NCBI RefSeq assembly: GCF_006345805.1
Contig: NC_043003.1
Location: 44,268,001 to 44,332,000, forward strand
DNA: 64,000 nt
Source of the DNA: Octopus sinensis
Lineage: Eukaryota
Reading direction: 5' to 3'
The notes under the pieces: generated by a model
What the model saw: only the letters and a program-made list of their open reading frames with translations
Database searches by the model: none
Told to the model about the DNA's origin: nothing
Shown here: positions 14,040 through 27,282 of the stretch, one piece after another
How positions within the stretch are numbered: position 1 is the first letter of the stretch
Layout of the letters: every line of letters begins with the position of its first letter
Made by a program: the position numbers and the translations under genes

Positions 14040-14395
14040 TGAGTGAGTATATGTATATATGTAATATTAGTAAAAATATATACATTCATCTAACTACATG
14101 TTGCGTGTATGTGTGTCATATGCATTTATATATGTCACATTTACTGGGGCTTTATGTATCTGTTAAAATGTCTATATAATGGTTACTGCTGTTTATATCC
14201 TTTCTGAAGAGATTGATGCATAGCTGACCATTATTCATCCTGTCGGACTTATTTTGGATACATCCATCAAACCTTATGTAGGAGACATGAAGATATAAAT
14301 GATTTAGTAGCATCTTGAACGTTTGTCTCCATTTTCTATATTTGCCACATATATTTAAGAAAATATTTGGACTTACCGTAGGTTGATTACCACCA

Positions 14396-14506
14396 CTCCC
14401 ACTGCATGGCACCTTGGGCAAGGCTCTACTAGTATAGCCATGTACCGACCAAAGCCTTGTGAGCGGGTTTGGTAGACGGAATCTGAAAGAAACCCGTCGT
14501 GTATAA

Positions 14507-14572
<66 letters not shown>

Positions 14573-14750
14573 GTGTCTGTGTGTGTGTGTTTGTGGGTCT
14601 GTGTCTACATCCCCGTCACTTAGCAGTTAGGCAAAGAGACCGATAGAATAAATACTAGGCTTACAAAGAAGAAGTACTGGTGTCGAATTGCTCGACTAAA
14701 GCGGTGCTCCAGCATGGCCACTGTCAAGTGACTGAAACAAATAAAAGAAT
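14396..14750 (+). mobile_element. SINE family A copy (internal microsatellite), head truncated
   Basis: Collinear with the full copy at 49853. Tail GCGGTGCTCCAGCATGGCC..TGACTGAAAC. Confidence 0.85.
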
Positions 14751-15587
14751 ATTTGTTATGTTTGCTATATAAAGAGGTAAAATTTGTTTTCCTCTATATT
14801 ATTTTCTCCTCTTCACTTTATTTGTCATTTTCCAAGTTATTTTTTTAAACGATAGAAAGAGTGGAGTTCCTACTAAATGTTTAAGAAACGTTGTGTGACA
14901 GAATGTTTTGTATAAACGAAATGCCATTCAAAATCATTTGTAATTGATTGTAGAAGTAATTGACAGACGAGACAGTAAGACAAAATTCGATACACTAATT
15001 CCTGAAGTTTATTACATTGTGGCAGTTCCATAATCAAGTTATTTTTGCAATAAATGAAAATATCTAATGAGTTTCAATCAAGAGAGCTAATCAAGTAATA
15101 TTGAAGGAAGTCTTTAAAATATGATTGTGTAATATATTTTTGTAGAATATTAGGCCCACCCTGACAAAATGCTCATAATTCTAGAATCATTATTGATTTT
15201 TAAGCAGAAAAAATCATTAGTGTCATAGGTGATGAAAAATTGCTTGTCTGGGTCTTTATGTATTATCAATATAAATCTAAAAATGAAAAGGAAAAGAATT
15301 GTATTCAGACTATGTTTGTAGGAATATATTACTAGTTCACCTTTTTCGCTCACATTCTCTTTTCTGCAGTCGACGCAATATCCTCAGTATACATTTTTGT
15401 TTGTAAAGGAACCACGTTAAATTTTTCGATCTTTCGAGTAAGTAAAACCACCTGAATTTTAGTGGGGATTTGTGACAAATAAGCTTGGATTAACGTTTGC
15501 AGAGATAGACCATTACAAGTTTTCTTGAATTCTGGATACTATTTTTAAGACTTAAAGTGAGAGACCAGCAAATATCATGAAAATGAT

Positions 15588-15800
15588 GTTGGTTTCAAAT
15601 TTTCCCATGTGGCCAGCAATGTCGGGGGAGGGTTTATATCGAGTTTCTCCATACCAGTACTCAGTTGGTACTTCTTTTAGCGACCACCCCAAAAGGAAGA
15701 AAGATAAAGTCGACTTCGGTAGCATTTAAACTCAGAAGGAACAGACTGACAAAATGCCGCTAAACATTTGGGCTATCGTGCTAACGGTACTACCAACATT
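15588..15800 (-). mobile_element. SINE family B copy
   Basis: The reverse complement aligns with the copies at 35401 and 63627 (CGTTAGCACG..CTGAGTTTAAAT..GTCGACTTT). Confidence 0.75.
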
Positions 15801-16569
15801 CCTCCCTATCATGAAATGTTATACATTCTTCTGCACAAAATTTGAAAACACTGAGCAGAGTATACACTGAAATGGTGGCTTTTATTTCACTATATTGTAA
15901 GTAGATGGAGCAAGCCCAAACATGACAAGGTTTTGAAATATATAACTCAAATACATTTAGTCTGTCATGATAAGGGAAACTTGTATTACTTATATCATTA
16001 TATTGATTTTCAGTATTTACGTTCGATCCCATATTTTGTTGAGTGTTTAGTGGAATGGGTTGACATAGGTACTTAACTTCTATGTTACTTTAGCAACAGC
16101 AGAAACAGGTAAAGTGATGTTGACCTTGATAGAATTTCATATCATGAGACTGTACCTCCCACCCTGCTTCCACTAACCGCTGTTTCGTCAATAGCTTAAA
16201 TTGCAAATGCAGAAATGCTTCAGTCTAAAATAATATCGATTCGGTTTTGCTTCGCTTGAGATGAATTTGCAGTAGAAATCTTTATATGGACAGTAGAATC
16301 GAGTATGCTTTATAGAAATAAGCAGACGTATAACGGATATAGCAAAATCAGTAAAACATGAACTTGCATTTAGAACGAAGAAACACAGAAATGCCTAGCG
16401 AAATATATTAATATATTGGAGGGTTTTATTATAAAATGAGCTTTTTGGATCATAGTGGATAAGAGCTACAACGACACGCGTTGCAAAATTTGATAAGAAC
16501 CCCAAAACAATTCATCAAAATAAATAGTAAAACGTAACGCTGCTCGCATCTGTCCATCCCCTTCTTTTA

Positions 16570-17975
16570 CATAATCTCTTCCTTTATACGAGGTTTGACC
16601 AATAAGTATCCAGACTGTTGCCATAGTAACAACACTAAAACATGCAGAGTAAAACGGTTCGGCACAGTTTGGCCATTCACTCTGCTGTCCATGCGTACTA
16701 AGTTTCAACGTTCAAGCTTACGTCCGCTGTTTACAACAGTGCTTCGAAGGAAGGTGTGTAGCGTGTGATCTTTGCATCGACCAAGCGTACGAGTGATTCA
16801 GACGTTACCAAGATGACCGGAAATATATCGATAGAGATGAACGTTCTGGGTGACCCGCAACCAGCCGGACTGTGAAAAAACATCGCAGATTTTCGTGCAA
16901 CTGTTTTGAGAAATCGTAAAAATCCCCCTCCGTGAGTTATCAGAGGATATGCAGATTAGTTACGGTTCAGAATCGTCCATTATAACTGCAAATCTGGATA
17001 CGAAACACGTAATCCTTAACTTTGTCGAGAACGATGAAAATTTGTGTATGCCTCTGAGCACTTATCGCCAAAGTTTGGCAGAAAGTTGGGAATTTTTCGT
17101 TAGGGGACTTTTTTGTGTTTGTGGTTTACATTAGCCCATCCTTCGTTATCTTCCTTGTTTCTGGTTGATGGTATCGACTCCTCTTCTATGATTTCTGTTG
17201 CAGACTCTGCTCGTGGCGCTGTTTCTTCTTTTAGGGCATGGCAGTTTATCTGAATGTGGCCTTTCTTGCTACATTCGAAGCACCGTATTCTTATACCCTC
17301 CGTCGTCACCGTCAACGTAGTTTCGTCACTAATCTCGAAGTTTTCCGCGATATCTTAAAGAGTTTGTTGAGGTGCTTAAATTATGATCTCAAGCCCTTGT
17401 CCCTTCCAATATTGCTGCCCTATTTTAGTAGCGTCGATTATTGTTATTTTATCCTCGAGTCCCATAGTTAGAGCAGTGCAAAGCCATGTTACATCTATTT
17501 CTGATGGATATCCTCCACCGTAATTTTTGCGTACGTCTACCTAAATACATAGGTAGGAGTACCCATTTCGGTTGTTTTAAAGAGCTTGATTGAAAGCTCC
17601 TTTGACCTTTCTTCACCTTTTAGGTGGACGAAAATTCTAATGATGAATGTAATGTCCGAACAAATTGGTTGCAGGCATTTCTCAACCTTCTGTCTTGATG
17701 ACTTGTCCAACATTTTAGTTTTAACGTTTAGACTTTTAAAGACAATTACTTTTTTAGCCGTGTTTTCAATTAACTCGGATGGAAGGGTGGCTTTCAAATC
17801 ATACCCCTCCCTGTCGAACATATTTTTGAATTGGTTCAAACTTTCGTTTGTTACGTTTAAGGCTTCCCTTTTCAAACCGGCTGCTGCGGCGAAATTTGGC
17901 TTGATTGTTTCAACGTTTTTTTCCTTTTAAAATTCTTTTCCTGATGGCATGTTCAAAATTTTATCAGAAGTCATT
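16570..17975 (-). mobile_element. L1/Tx1-like non-LTR retrotransposon 5' part: ORF1 with CCHC knuckle and possible degraded endonuclease
   Basis: ORFs 17537..17875 and 17100..17315 join across frameshifts and contain CFECSKKGHIQINC. Weak endonuclease-like remnants (LVTSESLV, YAWT) lie downstream. The clade assignment is inference. Confidence 0.55.
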
Positions 17976-18299
17976 TCCTTTGAAACATTAGTTTCCGTAG
18001 CTGAGTTACAACTCAATTTTTTTTCATGGAGGTGGTGGAGAACCCCTTGCACAAGAGAATAAATATTACCCCTCCACAAAGAAGAGAATAACGTTCAAAG
18101 TTTTGCGAAACACAATAAACCAAGGTGTTTTAGAAAACACACAGCGAATTCAACAATTAAATAATCAGCAACTCACAATATAATACGTCAAAACAGCGGA
18201 CAAATTGCGAATGACACATGAAAGACAAAATGTGAGACCTCCAGAAATCCAGGTTAAATATTGGTAATACAAACGTGGAAAACTTACAGTGCGAAAAAC

Positions 18300-18778
18300 A
18301 ACGTACAAGTGGACGAGGATCCGCATTATATTAGTGGCGACGGGGATATAAAAATTCATGCGGACAACGTTGAAAAGAAAATTGTTTGTCACGAGGAAAT
18401 AAACAATTTACCTAGACGACATTGTAAAGTTTGTCAGCGGAAAAATTAATAACTAAAAAGAGAATTAACAAACATTTTTGTGTACATATTTTACGAAACA
18501 GCCAGAAAATTACGGGAGACTTGTTAGATAGTTTAGATGAGTTGAAGAACATCAACAACAACAACAGCAACTCAAAGAACAACAACAAATGCTACAGCAA
18601 CAGATGCTACAACTAACGAAGTTGTTAACAAAATCAGAAATAACATTTTCGCCAGGCCATATAGCAAATTTAATAAATGAATTTAAATATGACCCAGAAG
18701 AAGGAGTCACCTTCGAGGTATATTATCGAAGATTTCAACAAATTTTCGAAAAAGAATGCCAAGACTGGACAGACGGAA
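18300..18778 (+). mobile_element. Second Ty3/Gypsy fragment (PBS plus gag N-terminus)
   Basis: PBS-like TGGACGAGGAT (18310) and TGGCGACGGGGAT (18335). A Q-rich stretch is followed by EFKYDPEEGVTFEVYYRRFQQIFEKECQDW, homologous to the gag at ~5405-5495. Confidence 0.8.
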
Positions 18779-19760
18779 TGGAAACGGGTCTAATTCGGGG
18801 AATGCCTAAAAGACGTAAAAGGCGTAACTACATTTTACAACAGAGGACGGAAATTTGGCACGGTGCAGGTTCGCTTCGTTAATGAGAACGAAGCAAAAAA
18901 GTACTCCACCGTAGCTTTGAAAAGGAAAGAGAGGCACTCTTACCTACTTACTGTGGCAGACGTGCGGCCAGAGAGAGAATAGGGAGAGTGACACCAGAAA
19001 TATACGAGGACTGGCTGGTGGAAAAGGTCAAGATATTGAAAATATCCAAGACTGCGGAGGTCAACTAGTGAGGGTTTGGCATGGAAGTGATGGTATTCAT
19101 AAGACTACCAGACCTCCACAAGATGACATAGGAGATAATATTGCCCGACGAGACCAGTCTGAGAGTCATGGTAGAGGGGAGACGACCAATATGCTTCCAA
19201 TGTGACGTAAGGGGGCACATAAAGGCAAGGTGTCCTTAGAAACACAAACAGGAGGTGGTTGGAGAATGAGATTTCGGAACATGTAAATGAAATAGCGGAG
19301 AAGGAAGTAGAGTTGTCCGAGGACGACAACAGAGGAAATAGTGAGTCTCTACAACCACCCCCACCCACCCCAAAAAGAAAAGAAAATCAGAAGAAAGGGA
19401 AAAGAAACGCTGAAGCAACGTTAGAACAAATACAGGAGCCGGAACCAGTAAGGAGGAGGGAGGATGGGAAGAACTGGTAGATACAGAAACAACAGCAAAA
19501 ATGACAGAGAATATTGAAAGAACGCCAAAGCCGTCAACAAGTAAGGTTGATGAAGAACGGAATTTACTTGAAGAACCGATAACAGAATCTCGTAGTCACT
19601 CGTAGCCCAAATCATCTCTTGTGAACCTTGTAACTCTCGAGCAACTATTGTGAAAATTGCAGATGCTGAGGGCTTCTCGTTCAAGCAGGGACATAAAAGA
19701 TCCGCGTCTGTGTACGCAGCCGTTTTAGCTTAAGAGTGTGGGCAACACCGAATTCGTGTA
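18779..19760 (+). mobile_element. L1/Tx1-like ORF1 fragment with CCHC knuckle
   Basis: Reads FGTVQVRF..LLPTYCGRR..PEIYEDWLV..LPDETSLRVMVEGRRPICFQCDVRGHIKARC followed by an acidic/basic tail. Homologous to the minus-strand ORF1 at 17100-17975. Confidence 0.6.
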
Positions 19761-20609
19761 GATCGGCATTATTTTAGATACAATACTAAATATTGATCTC
19801 GGCACATAAAGAGGAAAATCTGTGCGCGATAAGGCACCTGATGAATGCTTTGGTTAAATAACTGTGGTTTGGATATTCTGGTGGGTAATCTCTGGAACGA
19901 GTTTCCAAAAAATTTTACCATTGTAGAGTTTCCAAAACATTTTACCATTGTAGAGTAGTAAAAGTTCGCATTATAAATCAGCTCATTAATTATTGGATAC
20001 AATCGCAACGACGATTGCGGTCTAGCCAACCGTTCAGGGATACACTCAGAGAGGAGAACCTGCTACAAACTCAATCATGGACAATGTTTCAAACGTAGAG
20101 TCACAACGAAACTGATGAAAAAAAAACAAAATAATAAATTGATGCGATACTCCAGCATGGTCGTAGTCCAACGAGTGAAAAAATAAAAAAAAGTAAGATA
20201 AGAGAATATAAATAAAGTAGATTAAAATATTTTATCAATCTGTAAAGGTAAAGAACTTTTCTTATTTTTCATATTTTCTGTCTTGCATTTTCTATTTCAG
20301 AAAGTGTTATACTTGGAGAGTGTTTGTGGACGGATGAGTTAATTTGATGTTGCTCGAAGGGGTATGAAACTATCTGCTGATATTGAGGGTGGCGTTCTAT
20401 GCCATGACCCGAGCATTGGACAGGGCTCGCCTGTTTCAGCTGGGAAATGAATGGAATATCTGGTGTATCAAATTGTGTCTACCATTCTAAAAAAATGGGG
20501 AATAGACATGGGTATATAAAAATGGGCCTGTTTTGCCGAGCGGCTAAGTTACGAGTACACAAGCACAACAACATCGGTTGTTAAGTGATGCATATAAATA
20601 CATGCATAT

Positions 20610-20835
<226 letters not shown>

Positions 20836-21762
20836 ATGTATATGTAAAAAAATACAAACTGGGACAAGAACGCAAAACATTTAGAAGACGATACCAAAAC
20901 ACGGACGGGACATTCGAAGCCTTCAATCTTCAGTCAAGAACCGGATCATCTTCGCAATTTCGGCTGATTAATCTTGAGATTAATCCGATCTGGCCAGCCC
21001 CGAAGGAAAATCTAAGCCAAGCGCATTAGATTCTTTGGAAGAAAGCCTCGAATGTATACAAAACAAGGACGGAAAACCGGACGATGTTACACGAATAAAA
21101 ATACAAAAATACGTAAAAACAATAATGATAACACGAATAAGAATACCAAAATACGTAAACACAATAATGATAAAATAATAACAACAAAAACAGGACGTCA
21201 CAAACAAGCGTCTTTTCGACAGGACGAGTAAATGTTTGAGCTGGCGTTAGAAAAATGCCTTAGGGCAAGAGAGAGAAAAAATGGGTCTTGCCGCAACGGC
21301 TGCTGACCACGAAAAGGCTAGCAATCGGTCGGCTAGTAACGTGTGAGGAGAAGAGAGAGGAAAAGAGGTATAGATGAAGAGAGAAAGAAGGGGAACAAGG
21401 AACAAAGGAAGAGGAGAAGAGAGAGAGAGAGAAAGAGACAGATCAAAGTGGAGTGCATAGTGTGAAAGGCAGAGAAATGTAGGAGAGGGGGGAGAGAGAC
21501 AGTGTTATAGAGTCGTACCAAGATAAGAAATATTATATACATATAAGACCAAAAAGGGTACGGGCGCCGCTATATATATGTATATGTAAAAAAATACAAA
21601 CTGGGACAAGAAAGCAAACCATTTAGAAGACGATACAAAAACACGGACGGGACATTCGAAGCCTTCAATCTTCAGTCAAGAACCGGATCATCTTCGCAAT
21701 TTCGGCTGATTAATCTTGAGATTACTCCGATCTGGCCAGCCCCAAAGGAAAATCTAAGCCAA
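20836..21762. mobile_element. Non-coding element with ~185-bp direct repeats (pseudo-LTR-like)
   Basis: 20836-21020 and 21578-21762 differ at about 5 positions. The interior is GA-rich with no credible ORF, and (TA)n is present at all junctions. Confidence 0.75.
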
Positions 21763-21776
21763 TATATATATATATA

Positions 21777-22030
21777 GTGGTTGCCTACTCCTTATGCAGT
21801 TTTACCACCACCTGTACCTACAACGTATCACCATCATGGCCACTAATATGGCTTTTTTTTAAACAATACATTGCTCTGAAAAGACACCCACATATATTGC
21901 ACCTCCGATTCGGACCACCAAGAGCTGCAGATAAGTTCTGGATCTTAAAATGTCTCTTGAGGCCTACGTTGGATATACAAACCTTTTGGCATACACTGCA
22001 TTCAAAGGTGTGCACAGACTTATAAGCAGA
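21777..22030 (-). mobile_element. RTE-type LINE 3' end with C-terminal C2H2-like fingers
   Basis: FECSVCQKVCISNVGLKRHFKI and CNICGCLF..LKKSHISGH match the C..C.R.C.S..GL..H terminal motif of RTE ORFs. Truncated at the mariner boundary. Confidence 0.6.
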
Positions 22031-22031
22031 A

Positions 22032-22901
22032 TATAAGGTGATATCAAAAAGTTCCATATCTAGTTCTTCATTGCGCCAACACATATCTGCATACTGTTGT
22101 TTGTGTGGTGAGAGCAAGTATTCATGAGCCAGAGTGTCAAGTGGCATTACTGTTTACATCACAATTTGTGCAATTTCTGTTTTTGTGTCCACATCTATGA
22201 TGTAATCTGCGATTTTAGTAATGGACAGGAAGTTGGAACAAAGATTCAACGTAAAATTTTGCGTTAAACATGGGAAGTCTACATCAGAGATATTGAGAAT
22301 GCTTTGGAAATTTTACGGCGACGGGCCCATAAGTTGTACGCAATGGTACGACTGGCACCGGCGCTTCAAAAGCAAAAGAACGTCACTGGAATACCTGGCA
22401 CGTGAGTCACCCCCGGAAATGAGGAAAACTTTCATCAGCTTTTGCATGGGGATTGTCGGAAAACAACCAATAATATCCTGAAGCGTTTGAAGAAGGACAC
22501 TCGGCAAAAGTGAAGCACTAAGAATTGGGGTCTTGTGAAGACAATGCACCTTGTCTCTGAGCTGTCTTCACTTGTGAGTTTCTCGCTATAAACAACATCG
22601 AATGGCTTTACACACGTGTCCTATTCGCCAGATTTATCACCTGCAGACTTCCATTTCTTCCTCAAGACGAAAAGGCAGCTCAAATGTCAGCGTTTTAACA
22701 CCGTTACCAAGACCAATAGGTAATCGCAATAGGTACTTGACACGACTTTGAAGCCGGATTCCAAACGCTACAGGAACTCTGGAACCCATGTAGTGCTGTG
22801 CAAGGTGTCTATTTCGAAGGTGATGATGTTATATCCGAAGTAAAAAAAATCATTTTAAAAAACAAAACACGTCAGAGGACTTTTTGTAACTCTACCTCTT
22901 A
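22032..22901 (+). mobile_element. Mariner transposon, internally deleted
   Basis: HTH region EQRFNVKFCVKHGKS..WHRRFK, then DNAP, PYSPDLSPADFHFF and GVYFEGD. Imperfect TIRs with TA ends. Confidence 0.9.
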
Positions 22902-22960
22902 CATGCACATGTAGATGTGGGTTTATATACATATATACATACATAAACATATATATATAT

Positions 22961-23145
22961 ATTGAAAAGATTGCAACGAAAATTTTAGGGCAATATAAAT
23001 ATAAATAAGAAAAAAGTGGAAATTTTACCGGTGAATGTGTTAAATGATAAGGCACAAAAAGAAAATGACTCTCCCCTGACACAACAGAATATGCTTCAAC
23101 ACACAAACTCATATAAAGAATCTTGCAAACCATATCCAACAACGA
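22961..23145 (+). repeat. Unclassified interspersed repeat, copy 1
   Basis: Reverse-complement match to 30039-30225 (shared CACAACAGAATATGCTTCAACACAC.AACTCA.ATAAAGAATCTTGCAAA). Strand is arbitrary. Confidence 0.85.
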
Positions 23146-23159
23146 TATATATATATGTT

Positions 23160-23373
23160 TGTATGTCTGTGTTTTTCCCCTAGCATTGCTTGACAACCGA
23201 TGCTGGTGTGTTTATGTTCCCGTTACTTAGCGGTTCGGCAAAAGAGTACGATAGAATAAGTACTTGGCTTACAAAAGAATAAGTCCCGGGGTCGAGTTGC
23301 TCGATTAAAGGCGGTGCTCCAGCATGGCCGTAGTCAAATGACTGATACAAGTAAAAGAGTAAAAGAGTAAGAG
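23160..23373 (+). mobile_element. SINE family A, 3' half
   Basis: GCTTGACAACCGATGCTGGTG...GGCGGTGCTCCAGCATGGCCGTAGTCAAATGACTGA with a repeated GTAAAAGA tail. Confidence 0.88.
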
Positions 23374-24594
23374 GATATACATATCTGTATAGGCGAGAGA
23401 TTGAATGACGTGATTGGGAAGATATTTCATGTCTATCGGCGATAAATACTGCAATGTATTAGCACTTCTTTATTTTCGGTGACAATACTTAATGATCATT
23501 ATAGAATACGCAGCGGGAGATTTCCCTCAACATTCAATTATATTGTACCAGAAATGTAAACGATGAATCAGTTTGCCTATAAATATCCGGTTCTCCAGGT
23601 TCAAAAGACAGACTCAACGGATATTTACGAAAATATTTAATGAACATGTACACTAGAGTTTACTGTTTGCTACCTTCCTTGCATCAGTAAAACTTCTCTC
23701 ATATTAGCACCAATGTTGTTTTAAATCTTATAGAGTTCGCTCTCCAGAGATGGAATGTTGGTGAATAAATGTTTCCCATCGTGTGAGAAATACGATGTAA
23801 AGCTTATGGGATCTTTTTCAATTACAACACTCATAAATGGTGAAAGCGAAACTGTTGACAGGAATACATTGCAATTTCACTTACACAAAATAGAAATAGA
23901 TTTCTGAAAGCGACGAAATAGCCGAGTTGTTAGAGTATCGAGTACAATGCACAACAATATTTGGTCTGTTTCTCAAAGCTTTCATTTCAAATATCCTCTG
24001 GTGCATCTTAAAGTTTTATTCATTCATGTTTAAGATAGAATATTTATATAGGATTGAGGCCTCTTGAAATATTCAAATCGTTTGGAAAGCTGTCATAAGG
24101 AATTTTAACCGCAATTTGCGTTGTAAAATCAATACCTGTGCTGATCGTGGCTGAGAGCCGTTTGGATATTCCCTTCGACATCCTTTGCGACATAGGGAGA
24201 AAGGATTGAAACCAAGGTAATTTCCAGTTTTTCCAGGTTTATATATTCAGAATCAAGTAGATGTTTGGTAATGAGCTAAGGAGTGCTTAGAAATTTATCC
24301 CTCTCACTTAATCAAATGCTTGTTCAATACGGGAATTAAGTTTTTATAATTTAGTCTCTGACACAATTGTTCAAAAATTCTACAAAAGGTATCCAAAAAG
24401 GCTAGATCTACGATGAGTTCAATGTTATTCAGTCTTGTCACTGATTGTTGATGTTGCGACCACAAGTCAACAATGGCTTCTTTCGATTACATGCAAATAT
24501 GCTCCGACCCCAAGCATGTATTTTCTATAATAGTTATTATTTGGGAGCTTTCATAAAATGAAATATTGTCATCAAATGATATAAATTTTAGTAA

Positions 24595-24985
24595 TCTTTT
24601 ATCGGTCATTAGTCTGCGTTTGATCTGGGGCACAACCTTGAAGAATGAAATCTACCCCTGTACTTATTTTTATCTAAACCACTTTTGCCGAGTCCCTAAT
24701 TTACGGGGAAGTTAACTCTCCAAGATACACACGCGCGCACGCATACATGCGCACTCGCTCGCACACTTACACGCACACGCGCACACAAACGCATATATTT
24801 ACACATATATATATACATAGATGACGGACATCATTCTGTTTCCATCAACCAATCTACTAAGATGGTTTTGGTCAGTCCGAGGCTATAGTAGAAGACACTT
24901 GCAGAAAGTGCCACGCAGTGAAACTGAATGCGGGCACATGTCGTTAGGGAAGTAAATTTCACACCATACAGCAACGCTTGTGCCT
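24595..24985 (-). mobile_element. SINE family A, old full-length copy
   Basis: The reverse complement has the head, the CTGCGTGGCAC..CAAGTGTCTTCTACTATAGCC core, the internal CA/GC microsatellite and a degraded tail. Confidence 0.75.
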
Positions 24986-25699
24986 GCTGATAATTAAATA
25001 AATACACTTACATAAATGGAGACAGTTCTACAGAAATTTCTAAATGACTTACTTATTAACTTCTTGTGAATTCGGTTGTATTTTGTTGGCTTGATATAAG
25101 AGAATTAAAAGGAAATTTTAACGTAATATTATATAATTACTTTCAAGTGTTTTCATGAAGTTCCTAAAACGATGATGCGCTTCTATGTGGGCATGCTGTC
25201 CTACCGATTACATTTCTATAATAATAATAGATTCGAATATCTAAATTGGTGCGTCAAGGAAGAGACTGATGCAAGTAGCAAACGCAGAAACAAGGAAATT
25301 AAGATTGTGCATATGATATTTTGTTTTCCTATTATAGAGGGAACCACTTTATGCAATTATAGGCAGACTACACACAGTTGCCCATACAACAAGACATATC
25401 AAACCATTCAATACGAACAGACGCAAAAGCATTTATGTTCACACACATAAATATGTATTTGTTCAAACATTGACATGTGCTTAACAACTTTACTTTGCAT
25501 TCATCTGGTGTCGGTGTTCCATCACATTGCATGTTCCTTCGGATAGGTTACGTTCTTACATGGCCTACTAATAAATTTTTATTCAAAATTCTTCTGTTAG
25601 GAAACCTGTCAAATACTTATACATGCATACACACATCGATGCATACATATATATGATATATGTGTACATGTCTCTACACACTAGACATCGACATGAAAT

Positions 25700-27236
25700 A
25701 CAATCATTCCATGTCCTTAATAAAAGTAATATGCAACAAATCTATCCCATTGTGTAAGGCCAGCATGAGAAAGGAATATTCTTATGAGACGACGGACACA
25801 GATTGCGAACCGACTGAGCAAGTATCCCAAAAGTGGCGAGAAGTCTCGTCTAGAGAGATTGCTATTGGAAATTGAGAAACGTCTGCATCAGTCTCATGAA
25901 AAGGAGAGAGCAAACAACGAAGCTTTGGTTATAGAAAATATCAAGTGAAACCCTAAAGCTTTTTAAAGTTTGCAAGAGAAACATCCTTAATATGCCACAA
26001 AATAGGACCCCTCTTCCAAAAAGATGGCTCCTCACAGGAAACCCCAAAAGTTTACCATGGTATGATATGCTACAAACTGCGCGATCTCGACATATGCGGA
26101 AAGCTTGGAGAATGGCTGTACACCTTTCAAACGGATAGACGTCAGGCGGTAGTGGCCAATGGAGCCACCTCCAACGAAACGCATATAGCAAGTGCTGTTC
26201 CACAGGGCACTGTCTTAGGACTACTTCTGTTCATAGTGGCCCTCACAGACGTGCCCTCGACTGCTCAGGTAGCCCCCGTTGCTAGCTATGCAGATGAAAC
26301 AAATGTCTCTCAGACAATACAAAATCCTGGAAATATTTGGACGTAAGATACGGGTGGACTGAGGACAACATGCAGTTTAATGCAGGGAAATTCGAGGCCC
26401 TACGCTACCATTACAGAAAGCTAAATGACATGCAGACAGGATACACTGGCCCTGAAGGAATTGAAATCCCTGAAAAAAATTCAGTGGGTGACCTGGGCAT
26501 TGACATGAGCAATGATGAATCTTTTTAAGTGCATATTACCAATTTGGTAATAAAATGCAAACGACTGGCTGGCTGGATCCTCCGAACTTTCAAAACAAGA
26601 GAAAAGAAGACATTGATGATCCTTTGCAGGACACACGTTCTCAGCCGCTTAGACTCTTGCTCCCAACTATGGTCACCACACAATAAAAAAAAATCACGGC
26701 GGAATTCGAAGCAATCCGATGAAGCTACACTAAGAAACATCGTCTCGATGCAACATACCAGCTCCCGGGAAAGACTTAAAGAATAAAAGCTCTTCTCCCT
26801 GGAAAGAAGGCGGTTGAGATACGCAGTGATATACATCTTGAAAATTCTAGAATGCCTTGTACCAAACTTTGGCATTGAAAGTTACTCAAACTGTAGAACG
26901 GGGCGCCGCTGCATAGTGCCAAAGATCTCAGCATCGCCCTCGAAGTACAGGATCAGATACTGCAACAGTTTGCGGTTCAAGGATCCACAACTCTTTAATA
27001 TCCTTCCAAAATGCCTGAGAGACCTGCATAGTGAGAATGTGTCTTTAAAACAAAATTAGATCTCTTCCTGTTATGGGTTCCAGACGAACCTACCTCACTG
27101 CAGGAAATATAGTTGAGCGCAGCAGCATCAAAGTCCGTCATTGACCAAATCCACATATCAGACCAGGTTCCAAATAACGGTGTAGCTTAGTCAACGGTGG
27201 TGCTCCATCCAGAGCGCAGCTTTGCTACTGAAAATA
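25700..27236 (+). mobile_element. CR1-type LINE, degraded ORF2 with internal deletion
   Basis: Reads IENIK.NPKAF..IGPL; HGMICYKL..VPQGTVLGLLLF..SYADET; MQFNAGKF; DLGI; GWILRTFKTRE..LDSCSQLWSP; PQLFNILPKCLRDL. Confidence 0.9.
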
Positions 27237-27237
27237 G

Positions 27238-27282
<45 letters not shown>

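Noticed and set aside
20915-20970. Hammerhead in the direct repeat (minus-strand GAAA...CTGAAGA)
   Set aside because: I could not build canonical stems II and III or a valid cleavage triplet in this permutation.
21818-22147. Host C2H2 zinc-finger gene
   Set aside because: No TGEKP linkers and a degenerate second finger. The N-terminal part comes from the mariner end and the rest fits an RTE LINE C-terminus.
22221-22481. SETMAR-like domesticated gene
   Set aside because: No SET domain; TIRs are present and the catalytic region is deleted or frameshifted.
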